32,000 nucleotides of DNA from Candidatus Nanopusillus sp. (GCA_028275885.1 JAPWTW010000006.1:5055-37054), one strand, 5' to 3'. Shown: positions 17,364 to 26,603, numbered from the stretch's first letter. The notes: generated from the letters alone by a model not told the origin. Numbers and translations are program-made.

Positions 17364-17987
17364 TTATTCTTCCTCCTCTTCTAGACCCTTTTCCATAAAT
17401 TCTTCATAAGATATAGGTAGTTCTCCTCTTTTTGATAATAATCCTCTATTTCTTAAATATTCTCTAGCAATAATATAATATAATAAGGCTAAAGATTTTG
17501 CTCCTCTATTATTCGCTGGTATAGCAATATCTATATAGCTTAAAGAATTGTTTGTATCAACAAAGGCAATTGTTATTTTTCCAGTTCTATATGCATCCAA
17601 TAATGCATTTCTATCAAGTATTGGATCTGTTATTATAACAACATCTACATCTTTAAATATATCTAAAGCCGGGTTTGTTAACAATCCTGGAGGATATCTC
17701 TTCGGATAAACATTTATTCCCGTATACTTATTTAACATTTGTAATGGTTTTCTTGCAGCCTCTCTTCTACCAACTGCTAATATCTGATATGGCTCATATT
17801 TTGATAGCAATTTTGTTGATAATCTTAATCTTTCATCTAATTTCATTACATCTATAATCGCCAATCCATCAGATCTTATTCTAGCAATAAACTTTTTTGT
17901 TTGTTTATTCTTTATTTTTGTACCTATATGAACACCTGCTTTTATATATTCTTCTAAACTAACCAACCAAATATTTCCTTGTGCCAT
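17364..17987 (-). CDS. rps2: 30S ribosomal protein S2 (uS2)
   Basis: LEEYIKAGVHIGTKIKNKQTKKFIARIRSDGLAIIDVMKLDERL is the uS2 signature. The ORF track extends to 18035 and would overlap rpl2. A start at Met17 (17987) matches homolog N-termini and abuts the rpl2 stop. Confidence 0.9.
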   Translation of the reverse strand: MAQGNIWLVSLEEYIKAGVHIGTKIKNKQTKKFIARIRSDGLAIIDVMKLDERLRLSTKLLSKYEPYQILAVGRREAARKPLQMLNKYTGINVYPKRYPPGLLTNPALDIFKDVDVVIITDPILDRNALLDAYRTGKITIAFVDTNNSLSYIDIAIPANNRGAKSLALLYYIIAREYLRNRGLLSKRGELPISYEEFMEKGLEEEEE

Positions 17988-17988
17988 T

Positions 17989-18720
17989 TTAGGTTGCCTT
18001 TTTTCTTCCAGTTCTTCTTGAGCCATATTTACCATACTTTATTGGATATCCATGTTTAGGTAATGGAGTCATTCCACCTTTATTTCTTTTATGTTTACCC
18101 CCAAATGGATGGTCTGCAGCATTTCTTGCAGTTGGCTTACTAATTGGCCATTTTCTATGATGAGCTTTTTTAAAATAATATTTATTCCCAGCTTTAACAA
18201 ATGGTTTATCTGTTCTTCCACCCCCAGCAACTGTTCCCAATATTGCTCTAGAATATAAATTAACCATTTTTGTTTTTCCAGATGGTAATTTTAATATTGC
18301 ATATTTATCTGTTTTTTGAACTAATACACAAGATGTTCCTGATGTTCTTGCAATTTTTCCTCCATCACCTGGAGAAATTTCTACCATACAAACATTTGAA
18401 CCATCTGGAATAACCTTTAATGGTAAAATATTTCCATTCTCTACTGGAGCATTTACACCAGCATAAATTTCTTTCCCAACATATAAACCTTCAACAGCAG
18501 GAACTAAAATTGTTTCTCCAGTTTCAAATCTTATCTTAGCAATTGGAGCATAATGAATCTTATCTTTTATTATATCTACTACAAACCCTTTTACTTTATC
18601 TTTCATTTCTTTTTCATCTAAAGGTCTGAGGGAAAATTTACCTACAGAATAAAAATCTGGAACTCTATATATATTCCCTCCTTTACCTAATCTTTGCTGT
18701 AATAGTGTATTTCCACCCAT
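17989..18720 (-). CDS. rpl2: 50S ribosomal protein L2 (uL2)
   Basis: Typical uL2 sequence, including GNILPLKVIPDGSNVCMVEISPGDGGKIARTSG and NAADHPFGG. Confidence 0.95.
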   Translation of the reverse strand: MGGNTLLQQRLGKGGNIYRVPDFYSVGKFSLRPLDEKEMKDKVKGFVVDIIKDKIHYAPIAKIRFETGETILVPAVEGLYVGKEIYAGVNAPVENGNILPLKVIPDGSNVCMVEISPGDGGKIARTSGTSCVLVQKTDKYAILKLPSGKTKMVNLYSRAILGTVAGGGRTDKPFVKAGNKYYFKKAHHRKWPISKPTARNAADHPFGGKHKRNKGGMTPLPKHGYPIKYGKYGSRRTGRKKAT

Positions 18721-18721
18721 T

Positions 18722-18982
18722 TTACATTAAACCTAATTTAGATAATATATCTTGAGCCTTATATTCTTTTTCTAATGTTACATATGCTTTTTTCCTTCCT
18801 TTATAATCTATCAAAGTATTTATCTTCTTTACTTTAACATTAAATAATTTTTCAACAGCTTCTTTTATATCTTTCTTTGTAGCAGATCTATTTACAATAA
18901 AAACAACCTTATTATATTTATCAAGTAAATACATATCTTTTTCTGTTAATTCAGCATAAAGTATAACATCTTTTATGTCCAT
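18722..18982 (-). CDS. rpl23: 50S ribosomal protein L23 (uL23)
   Basis: 86 aa. Contains VFIVNRSATKKDIKEAVEKLFNVKVKKINTL...KKAYVTL. It sits between rpl4 and rpl2. Confidence 0.9.
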   Translation of the reverse strand: MDIKDVILYAELTEKDMYLLDKYNKVVFIVNRSATKKDIKEAVEKLFNVKVKKINTLIDYKGRKKAYVTLEKEYKAQDILSKLGLM

Positions 18983-18992
18983 TTTATAATTT

Positions 18993-19820
18993 TCATATAT
19001 ATAAATTTCTTAAATCTTCTATTGCTTTTTCACTCCATATAATAAATCTACCCAATTTACCACCAGGAGCCAATTTTTCTATATTTAATTTGTTTACTTT
19101 TGAAAATTCAGCACCATCAATAGAAATTTTTGGCAATTCAGAATCAGATGATAATACAAATAAGATTCCTCTATATTTTTTTATTCTCCTATTTCTCATT
19201 TTTCCCTTTCCAGCCCTTTGTTTTTTATTTTCTTTTACATATTCAATAAATTTTGCTATTTTTAATTTATTAAATAATTCTCTATATTCTTTTGCTTTTC
19301 TTAATTCTTCTAGATCAGATATAACAATTGGTAGACCAAAAGTACTAATTGCTTCATTTAAATAAATAAAAGATTTTGTATATCTATTTTTTATATAATC
19401 AATATTTGAAGATGCAGAAATTGCAGACAATATTGCTAATCTTTTTTCCTTTTTATTTATTTTTTTATACCAATTTTTTTCAGGTTTTGGTGGATGTGCC
19501 CTTCTTCCCTTTACAGCACTTGGTATTACTCTAGCTATCCATATAAAATTACCAGCAATTTTTGCAAATATCGATCTAGGAACCCTTGATATACCCCTTT
19601 TATATGATGATCTATATGCATACCTTCTCTTTGACGTCCATGCAGAAGCTTCCATACCTGCATATTCATATGGACCATATGGTACTCTATGACTTAACAT
19701 ATATGCTCTAAATACCTTATATACTATATCTTCTCTTATTTCAGATCTAAAGTGTTCTGGTAATTCTATTTCTTTTATTTTATTACCTTCCTTATCATAA
19801 ACAGATATTATATTTTCCAT
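18993..19820 (-). CDS. rpl4: 50S ribosomal protein L4 (uL4)
   Basis: Archaeal uL4 motifs (VKGRRAHPPKPEKNW, RAGKGKMRNRR), and it lies upstream of rpl23-rpl2. Confidence 0.9.
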   Translation of the reverse strand: MENIISVYDKEGNKIKEIELPEHFRSEIREDIVYKVFRAYMLSHRVPYGPYEYAGMEASAWTSKRRYAYRSSYKRGISRVPRSIFAKIAGNFIWIARVIPSAVKGRRAHPPKPEKNWYKKINKKEKRLAILSAISASSNIDYIKNRYTKSFIYLNEAISTFGLPIVISDLEELRKAKEYRELFNKLKIAKFIEYVKENKKQRAGKGKMRNRRIKKYRGILFVLSSDSELPKISIDGAEFSKVNKLNIEKLAPGGKLGRFIIWSEKAIEDLRNLYI

Positions 19821-19853
19821 GGCTATATTTTATATATAAAACATATTTAAATC

Positions 19854-19861
19854 TTTATAAT
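19854..19861 (+). promoter_or_regulatory. TATA box (TTTATAAT) 30 nt upstream of ATG 19884
   Basis: Sequence and spacing. It lies in the 63-nt divergent spacer shared with rpl4. Confidence 0.45.
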
Positions 19862-19883
19862 AACTCACATTAACTATTAAGAT

Positions 19884-21533
19884 ATGTATGAATTTATTAG
19901 TGATATTATAAAAAAGAGCCTTAGAAAGATTACTATAATATTTAGCATAACAATTTTATTAATAATTATAATAGGAAAAAATATACCAATATTAAAAATA
20001 TATTATCCAATTTTATATTTATCTGCAATTGTTTTTTCATTAGAGGTTATATTCCTAGAATACTATAAAACAAAAAAATCTTTAGATAAATCTTTACTAT
20101 ATTATATAGCATATTTATATTCTCTTTCATTTTCTACAAATAATACTAGAAGATTATTAGAAATTTCAATTGAAGAAAAATCAGAATTTAAGGATATAAA
20201 TTATTATATGTCAAAAATACTTTTTTTAACAAATAAATATAATTATACAATTCCAGAGGCTATAAGATATGTACTGCCATATATTCCAAATAGTAATTTT
20301 AAGAGTTTTCTAGAAAGATTTGCAACATCAATTGATATAGGTGAAGAAATTTCAGAATTTTTATATAAAGAATATGAAACTCAATTAGCAATATATGAAG
20401 CAAATTATGAAAAAGGTTTAGAAAATATAAGATTATTAGATGAATTTGTAATATCATTATTATCATCTTTAGGATTTGCATTTTCTTTAATATTATTTAT
20501 ACCATTCTTAGTAAGCACAAATATAGTATTTTTGCTAGTAAATTTCTTTATAATATTCATTGTAATTAATTTACTTATATATTATGTATCAAAATATTAT
20601 ATTCCAGATGACGGATTATGGTCTCATTCAAAAGAAAAACCAAAAGAATATGTAGAAATAAGATATTTATTTTATCTTTTATCATTTTTATCTTATATAT
20701 TATTTCTAGCATTATTTTTAGTATTAAAATTACAATTATTAGAGGCATTTGCAATAGCAGCTACACCTTTAGCATATGTAAGTTATAGGATGACATTGTT
20801 AGAAAGAACATTAAAAATAAAAGAAAGTCATTTTCCAGCATTCTTTAGTAGTATAATAGAATACTCACAAATATTTGGAAGTAATCAAACAAAAATATTA
20901 GATAATGTTGTTATACATGATTTTGGTTTATTAAATGAGGATATTAATAGATTAAAGAAAAGAATAAATATAACAAAAAATTATTCTGAATCTTGGAGAT
21001 ATTTTATAGTTGAATTGGGAAGTTCGATTGCAGAAAAAATAATAAAGGTATTTGAAAAAGTTTTATCATATAATGGAGATACAAAGAAAGCAGGAGATAT
21101 GTTATATAATATATTAATAAAGATAATTGAACTTAGGTCTAGAAAATCTCAATTTATATCTAATTTAAGGGGTATTATATATGGAACATATATAGCATTT
21201 ATAGCAATTCTATTTATAGTTGCTCAGATATTATATTTGTTAAATCAAATGTTTCAAGGTGTATCTACAGCACTTGGTTCTGCAGTAACGCAAATTGGTA
21301 TAAATATATATACATTTTCATTACCTCTGTATATATTGCAAGATTATATATTCATAATATCTATTATTGAAGCTTTTATACTGGCTGGAACAATAAAAAA
21401 TATAGATGGGGGATCTAAACTTGGAATGTTCTTAGATGCAACAGTTATGATATGGCTGAGTGCATTATTAAATATTGGAGTATACTATTTATTTACATAT
21501 GTATTTTCTGGCTTATCTTTAGTAAAGGTATAA
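19884..21533 (+). CDS. second FlaJ/TadC-like polytopic platform protein (orphan, no adjacent ATPase)
   Basis: 549 aa with multiple TM helices. It has two T2SS-F-like soluble repeats (IPEAIRYVLPYIPNSNFKSFLERFATSIDIGEEISEFLYKEYE and HFPAFFSSIIEYSQIFGSNQTKIL...). TTTATAAT lies 30 nt upstream of the ATG. Confidence 0.6.
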   Translation: MYEFISDIIKKSLRKITIIFSITILLIIIIGKNIPILKIYYPILYLSAIVFSLEVIFLEYYKTKKSLDKSLLYYIAYLYSLSFSTNNTRRLLEISIEEKSEFKDINYYMSKILFLTNKYNYTIPEAIRYVLPYIPNSNFKSFLERFATSIDIGEEISEFLYKEYETQLAIYEANYEKGLENIRLLDEFVISLLSSLGFAFSLILFIPFLVSTNIVFLLVNFFIIFIVINLLIYYVSKYYIPDDGLWSHSKEKPKEYVEIRYLFYLLSFLSYILFLALFLVLKLQLLEAFAIAATPLAYVSYRMTLLERTLKIKESHFPAFFSSIIEYSQIFGSNQTKILDNVVIHDFGLLNEDINRLKKRINITKNYSESWRYFIVELGSSIAEKIIKVFEKVLSYNGDTKKAGDMLYNILIKIIELRSRKSQFISNLRGIIYGTYIAFIAILFIVAQILYLLNQMFQGVSTALGSAVTQIGINIYTFSLPLYILQDYIFIISIIEAFILAGTIKNIDGGSKLGMFLDATVMIWLSALLNIGVYYLFTYVFSGLSLVKV

Positions 21534-21973
21534 TTTATTTTTCTTTCTTTTGGTATAAAATCTTTTAATATATTGTTTTTAATATAAACACTACACAAAA
21601 TATCATTATTATCTTTTGCAATATAAAAACCATTCTCATAATTTTTTTCCAATTTTATGTTTTCATTATATTTATAAAAAATATTTTCTTTTTTTATTTC
21701 AATACTTTTATTAGAATTTATTCCAAAAATCTGCGCACCTTCTATACTAAATCTATATCTATTATTTTTCTCTATTTTAATTACATATAAACCATATTTT
21801 TTTATATATTTTTCATCTAAAAAATCTGGAAAATTCTTATTAAACATATATATTTTATCTTTATTAATAAAAAATCTATATTTCTTTATTATTGACCTAT
21901 CTATATTTATATTATAGTATTCTTCTATTTTCTTAAATATCTCTTCTATATTCTTTTTATTTAATTCTTTCAT
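21485..21973 (-). CDS. NIP7/UPF0113-like PUA-type protein (putative ribosome biogenesis factor)
   Basis: Size (162 aa) and pattern (GLYVIKIEKNNRYRFSIEGAQIFG ... GFYIAKDNNDILCSVYIKNNILKDFIP) resemble archaeal Nip7 homologs. The assignment rests on remembered family patterns only. Confidence 0.45.
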   Translation of the reverse strand: MKELNKKNIEEIFKKIEEYYNINIDRSIIKKYRFFINKDKIYMFNKNFPDFLDEKYIKKYGLYVIKIEKNNRYRFSIEGAQIFGINSNKSIEIKKENIFYKYNENIKLEKNYENGFYIAKDNNDILCSVYIKNNILKDFIPKERKINYTFTKDKPENTYVNK

Positions 21974-23196
21974 AATTTTTCTACAGCCCCTTTTATATAT
22001 GATATTTCATTTTCATTAAATCCCAATATTTCTGCATATTTTCTTCCTATTTTTTCATTTTCTTTCATTAAAACTATTAATGTATTTATATATACTTCTC
22101 TAACCCTATGTTTTGATGTATGAACCTTCTTTTGTAAGTTTTTTGATAATTCTTCAATTTTTTCTCTTATTTCTTTATTTTGAGATAATTTTCTTATATA
22201 TTGTGGCATCCTATATTTTGTAAATTTATTATATCTCTTTTCTTTTGCTAATGCAACACCAGCATACATTAAAGTTGTAAAATATTTTAATAGATCCCAA
22301 TATTGTCTTTTATAAATTCTTCCATAAAATACAACTGCTAATGATAACCAATTATAGGCTTCATATATTTCTTTTATATTTTCATATTCATTAGATATAT
22401 TTTCTTCAACCCATGCTTTAATTTCTTCAGGATCCATATCTACATCTGCAAATGGTAATGTAGCCCCCATTATTGTATTTGCCTTAAACATCTGACCCAG
22501 TGCTTTAAATATTGTAATTTCTCTTTCTCTATAACCTAAAACTTCTAAATCTTTTAATGTAATATGACTACTCATCATTGCTAATGCTTGTAAATCATTT
22601 ATTGCACTCCTTAAATCTCCGGAAGATCTATCTGCAAGTGCAGATAATACATTATCATCAATTGTTATTTTTTCATTTGCACAAATTCTCTTTAATTGCC
22701 TTATTATATCATAATTTGATAATTTTTTGAATTCAACCATATCACATAAATCTCTTAATTTCTTAAATTTTGGATCCCATGGATCATTTGCAGTTAATAT
22801 TACTGGCCATCTTGATTCTTCTATTATTTTTGCCAATGCTCCAACCCCACCCCTATCTTGAAATCCTGCTAATCCATCAACTTCATCAACCAATATTATC
22901 CTTCCTTTCTTAAAAAATGGTTTTCCTTTTATTGCTTCTCCTAATTTTTCATGTATAACCCTTGCATTTCTATTATCTGAAGCATTTAATTCTACAACTT
23001 CATAATTTAAATCATTTGCAATTGCATATATTGATGATGTCTTTCCAACACCAGGAGGTCCATATATTAATAATGCTTTCTTATTTACATTTGGATATTT
23101 TTCTATAAAAGATTTTATTTTTCCAATAGCCTCTGATTGATTAATTATTTCGTTAATATGTTTGGGTGCATATTTTTTTATCCATGGTTCAACCAT
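21970..23196 (-). CDS. rfcL: replication factor C large subunit
   Basis: N-terminal PWIKKYAPKHINEIINQ, Walker A LLIYGPPGVGKTS, ELNASDNR, ILVDEVDG, and the SGDLRSAINDLQ sensor region. 408 aa. Confidence 0.9.
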   Translation of the reverse strand: MVEPWIKKYAPKHINEIINQSEAIGKIKSFIEKYPNVNKKALLIYGPPGVGKTSSIYAIANDLNYEVVELNASDNRNARVIHEKLGEAIKGKPFFKKGRIILVDEVDGLAGFQDRGGVGALAKIIEESRWPVILTANDPWDPKFKKLRDLCDMVEFKKLSNYDIIRQLKRICANEKITIDDNVLSALADRSSGDLRSAINDLQALAMMSSHITLKDLEVLGYREREITIFKALGQMFKANTIMGATLPFADVDMDPEEIKAWVEENISNEYENIKEIYEAYNWLSLAVVFYGRIYKRQYWDLLKYFTTLMYAGVALAKEKRYNKFTKYRMPQYIRKLSQNKEIREKIEELSKNLQKKVHTSKHRVREVYINTLIVLMKENEKIGRKYAEILGFNENEISYIKGAVEKL

Positions 23197-23279
23197 TATT
23201 TATATTTTTAATTTAGATTATTAAAATATTTTGAAAAATTTTCTTAATATATTATTAGTTAATTATAATGAAATAGTAT

Positions 23280-23317
23280 TTGATAATATTAGAGAAAGCT
23301 TGATCTATATTAGAGAA
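23280..23317. repeat. tandem direct repeat TTGAT(A/CT)ATATTAGAGAA, two copies 20 nt apart
   Basis: TTGATAATATTAGAGAA (23280-23296) and TTGATCTATATTAGAGAA (23300-23317). They lie inside the 219-nt non-coding stretch 23197-23415. Confidence 0.4.
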
Positions 23318-23415
23318 CACTCTTAAAGAGACAATTATTCAATTATATTTAATGAGAAACCATATAGTGCAAAAATGAAACAAAATAATAAAAATCAAGA
23401 TTTTCTAATTTTTAT

Positions 23416-23835
23416 TTAATGACCAAATAAAGAGAAAAATCCTCTCAGTATACCACCTCCACTTTCAACTATTTTACATGGTAAAATAGCTTCATATTGA
23501 TTACCATTTACAATATAATATACCCTTACATACGCATTTCCTATAATAACATTATTATTTACAATACATGCATTCATAGATCCATAATTTATATTTCCCA
23601 AATTACATGTTGAATTTTCATAAAAATTATATACAGTTACATTTTCCAAATTTTTTTTTGCAGTAATTATAATAAGAGATGTTCCATTTGCATATTGACA
23701 ATTATATGTAAAATATTCTAAATATGGGGGTAAATATGATGTTACATAATATGTATATATTGCATATAGTACAACTATTACAAAAGCTGCTATACCAACC
23801 CAAATTACAAATTTAGGTATCCTTGATATATCCAT
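23416..23835 (-). CDS. N-terminally anchored putative surface protein with sequons and 4 Cys
   Basis: One N-terminal TM helix (FVIWVGIAAFVIVVLYAIYTYYV) is followed by a beta-rich domain carrying NGT, NVT and NST sequons and four Cys. Confidence 0.55.
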   Translation of the reverse strand: MDISRIPKFVIWVGIAAFVIVVLYAIYTYYVTSYLPPYLEYFTYNCQYANGTSLIIITAKKNLENVTVYNFYENSTCNLGNINYGSMNACIVNNNVIIGNAYVRVYYIVNGNQYEAILPCKIVESGGGILRGFFSLFGH

Positions 23836-23850
23836 AAAATTAATTTTGAT

Positions 23851-24099
23851 CTACATATATATAAACATATATATATATTTATTTCCTCTGTCTTCAATCT
23901 TAATATTTTTTATAATTTCTTCATATTTTTTATCATCTATATCAAATAAATCTGGATATTTATTCAATATATAATCAAATATTAATCTTTTTATCATAAT
24001 ATCTTCATTCTTATGCAAATCTTCAACATTATATTCATCTAAAATACCTTCTATTATATATTTTGGAATCTTAAATTCATATTCAATATTATATGGCAT
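23851..24099 (-). CDS. small acidic hypothetical protein
   Basis: An 82-aa ORF filling the gap between neighbours. A TATA-like TTTATATT lies about 30 nt upstream on the minus strand. No family recognised. Confidence 0.45.
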   Translation of the reverse strand: MPYNIEYEFKIPKYIIEGILDEYNVEDLHKNEDIMIKRLIFDYILNKYPDLFDIDDKKYEEIIKNIKIEDRGNKYIYMFIYM

Positions 24100-24172
24100 G
24101 TAAAATTTTACACTTTTCTAAAATATAAATGATTGCTTTATATTCTTGAATTTCAAAAATGATTATCAAAAA

Positions 24173-25141
24173 TTATTTTCTATTTTGTAAACCTCTAAGC
24201 CCTATATACGCTAGCAAAGCACCCAGTTGTATTATTGGATCTGAACCTTCTAATAATCTATATTCTATTTCTCCAGCATAATATATTATATCTAATTTTT
24301 CTTTTTCAGGTATATTCATTGAATAAACTTCCTTTGATAAATATTTAATTATATCTTCTCCTGCAAGACCATATTTTATCATTAAATCTATTAATTTTTC
24401 CCTAGCTTCAGCAAATTTTCCTTCATATGCTAATTTTAATACTTCCTGTAATTCTTGTGGTTTTGCTATAGATGTAACTTCATATATTAACTCTGGAGTT
24501 ATATCTTTAGAATATAAAGCTGCAGCTTGCAATATATTTATTGATTTTCTCATATCACCTTCTGAAATATAATATATTGCTTCCAATGCATCATCACTTA
24601 TATTTAAATTTTCTTTTTCAGCTATTGATTTTAATAATTCAAATACATCTTTTTTATCCAATTGTTTAAATCTAAATATGACAGTTCTAGATTGTATTGG
24701 TTCTATAATTTTTGATGAATAATTACATGCTAATATAAATCTTGTTACTGAAGAATATTCTTCCATTATTCTTCTTAAAGCTTGTTGTGCATCTCTTGTC
24801 ATTGCATCTGCCTCATCTAAGAACACAATTTTAAATGGAACATTTCCAATTGGTTTTGTTCTTGCAAATTCTTTTACCTTTTCTCTTATAACATCTATTC
24901 CTCTATCATCTGAAGCATTCAATTGTAATACATTTTGCTCCCATTTATCTCCATATAATTCTCTAGCAAGTGCCAATGCAGCAGTTGTTTTTCCAACACC
25001 CGCAGGTCCAGCAAATAATAAATGGGGCATATTTTTACTTTCTACAAATGCCTTCAATCTTTTTACTATCTCACCTTGTCCTTTTATGTCATCCAATCTT
25101 TTTGGTCTATATTTTTCAGTCCATATTTCATTATCTGACAT
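24173..25141 (-). CDS. rfcS: replication factor C small subunit
   Basis: [64 protein letters not shown], and the [13 protein letters not shown] box. No intein. Confidence 0.95.
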   Translation of the reverse strand: MSDNEIWTEKYRPKRLDDIKGQGEIVKRLKAFVESKNMPHLLFAGPAGVGKTTAALALARELYGDKWEQNVLQLNASDDRGIDVIREKVKEFARTKPIGNVPFKIVFLDEADAMTRDAQQALRRIMEEYSSVTRFILACNYSSKIIEPIQSRTVIFRFKQLDKKDVFELLKSIAEKENLNISDDALEAIYYISEGDMRKSINILQAAALYSKDITPELIYEVTSIAKPQELQEVLKLAYEGKFAEAREKLIDLMIKYGLAGEDIIKYLSKEVYSMNIPEKEKLDIIYYAGEIEYRLLEGSDPIIQLGALLAYIGLRGLQNRK

Positions 25142-25179
25142 AAATTAATAATTTAAATTAAAACTTAAATAAATATTAT

Positions 25180-25839
25180 ATGAACTTTGAATATGTAAAA
25201 CATAATGATTTAATAATATATTATAAGGTCTATGATCTTGAATGTTATCCTCCAAAAGAAGATTCTTTTTTATTAAATGATCATATAAAAGAATTTGCTA
25301 GAGGTAAAAAAGTATTAGATATGGGATGTGGGTCTGGAATCCAAGGTTTAGAGGCATATAAATATACAAAAGATGTTTCTTTTTCCGATATATCTGAAGA
25401 ATGCTTAAAATTATCTAAAATAAACTTTTATATAAATTACATAAATAATAATTCTGATCTAGACTATTTATATAAAAATATAGAAAAAATAAATTTACCA
25501 GTAAAATTCTATCATTCTGATTTATTTAATAATATAAATGAAAAGTTTGATTTAATATTATTTAACCCCCCATATTTACCAGAAGTAAGTTATGAAGGAG
25601 TAAAAGTAAAACGATGGATTTCTGGAGGAAAGTTTGGATATGAGACAATTGATAGATTTTTATATCAAAGTATAACTAAATTAAATAATTTTGGAGAAAT
25701 ATTGATAATAATGTCTTCAATAACTAACCCACAATATATATTAAACAAATATTCAAAATTTTATGATTATAGGATAATAGATAATAAACACATTTTCTTT
25801 GAAGATATATTTTTAATATATTTAAAGAAAAAGTTTTAA
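25180..25839 (+). CDS. HemK/Mtq2-like N5-glutamine (release factor) methyltransferase
   Basis: N-terminal YPPKEDSFLL, SAM motif I VLDMGCGSGIQG, and the catalytic NPPY (LFNPPYLP). Confidence 0.8.
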   Translation: MNFEYVKHNDLIIYYKVYDLECYPPKEDSFLLNDHIKEFARGKKVLDMGCGSGIQGLEAYKYTKDVSFSDISEECLKLSKINFYINYINNNSDLDYLYKNIEKINLPVKFYHSDLFNNINEKFDLILFNPPYLPEVSYEGVKVKRWISGGKFGYETIDRFLYQSITKLNNFGEILIIMSSITNPQYILNKYSKFYDYRIIDNKHIFFEDIFLIYLKKKF

Positions 25840-25841
25840 TT

Positions 25842-26603
25842 ATGATAGTTGATGATCATGCACATCTATTTTTATACAAAAATGTAGATGAAAAAATAAA
25901 GGAAAATATTGAAAGAAACGTAAAATATATAATTGAAAATTCTATAGATGTTAAAAGTATAAATATAGTAATTGAAGAATCTAGAAAGTATGATATAATA
26001 TATTATGCTTTAGGATTATATCCTGAAGAAATTGTAAAGATGAATGATGATGATATAGAAAAAATATTGGAATTTATTGAAGAAAATAAGGATAAAAAAT
26101 TTTTGGCAATTGGAGAGGTTGGATTAGATTTTTCTAATGTAGATGAAGATAAAATTAGAAAACAAAAAATATATTTTGAAAAATTTTTAGAATTAGCTGA
26201 TATATTGAAGAAACCAGTAATAATTCATAGTAGAAAAGCTGAAAAAGAGGTATTAGATATATTAACAAGTTATAATAATAAAAGAGTATTACACTCATTT
26301 TGGAAACCTTCTTTAGTAGACAAAGCAATTGAAATAAATTGTTATTTATCAATACCAACAATTGTTTATAGAGATTCTGGATTTCAAAAAATTGTAAAAG
26401 ATGTACCATTAGAATTTATTTTAACTGAAACAGACTCTCCATATTTAGATCCAATAGAAAAAGACAAGGCAGTAAATAATTCATGGAAGATAATATACTC
26501 ATTAGAAAAGATATCTGAAATAAAGGATATAGATAAGAAAGAATTGGAAGAAATAATATTTAATAACTTTGTTAAAGTATATAATATAAATAATGATGAA
26601 TAA
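25842..26603 (+). CDS. TatD-family metal-dependent hydrolase/DNase (paralog 2)
   Basis: VDDHAHL, GEVGLD, IIHSR, LHSF and ETDSPYL occur in TatD order. Confidence 0.85.
   Translation: MIVDDHAHLFLYKNVDEKIKENIERNVKYIIENSIDVKSINIVIEESRKYDIIYYALGLYPEEIVKMNDDDIEKILEFIEENKDKKFLAIGEVGLDFSNVDEDKIRKQKIYFEKFLELADILKKPVIIHSRKAEKEVLDILTSYNNKRVLHSFWKPSLVDKAIEINCYLSIPTIVYRDSGFQKIVKDVPLEFILTETDSPYLDPIEKDKAVNNSWKIIYSLEKISEIKDIDKKELEEIIFNNFVKVYNINNDE

Noticed and set aside
17988-18035. The longer uS2 N-terminus (MVNMAQEELEEKRQPK...) overlapping rpl2 by 47 nt.
   Set aside because: Archaeal uS2 proteins start ~8-9 residues before the L..Y..AGVHIG motif. Met17 (17987) fits this and abuts the rpl2 stop. The extension is possible but unnecessary.
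23197-23415. Replication origin (ORB-like elements) in the rfcL upstream gap.
   Set aside because: No cdc6/orc1 gene nearby, no inverted ORB pairs with G-strings and no extended duplex-unwinding block distinct from the AT-rich background. Only a short tandem repeat is present.
24100-24172. C/D-box-like pattern AUGAUUG ... UUGA ... AUGAUUA in the spacer between the 82-aa ORF and rfcS.
   Set aside because: Both C-like boxes deviate from UGAUGA at key G/A positions, and there is no CUGA D box on either strand. This is probably AT-rich coincidence plus the promoter of the 82-aa ORF.
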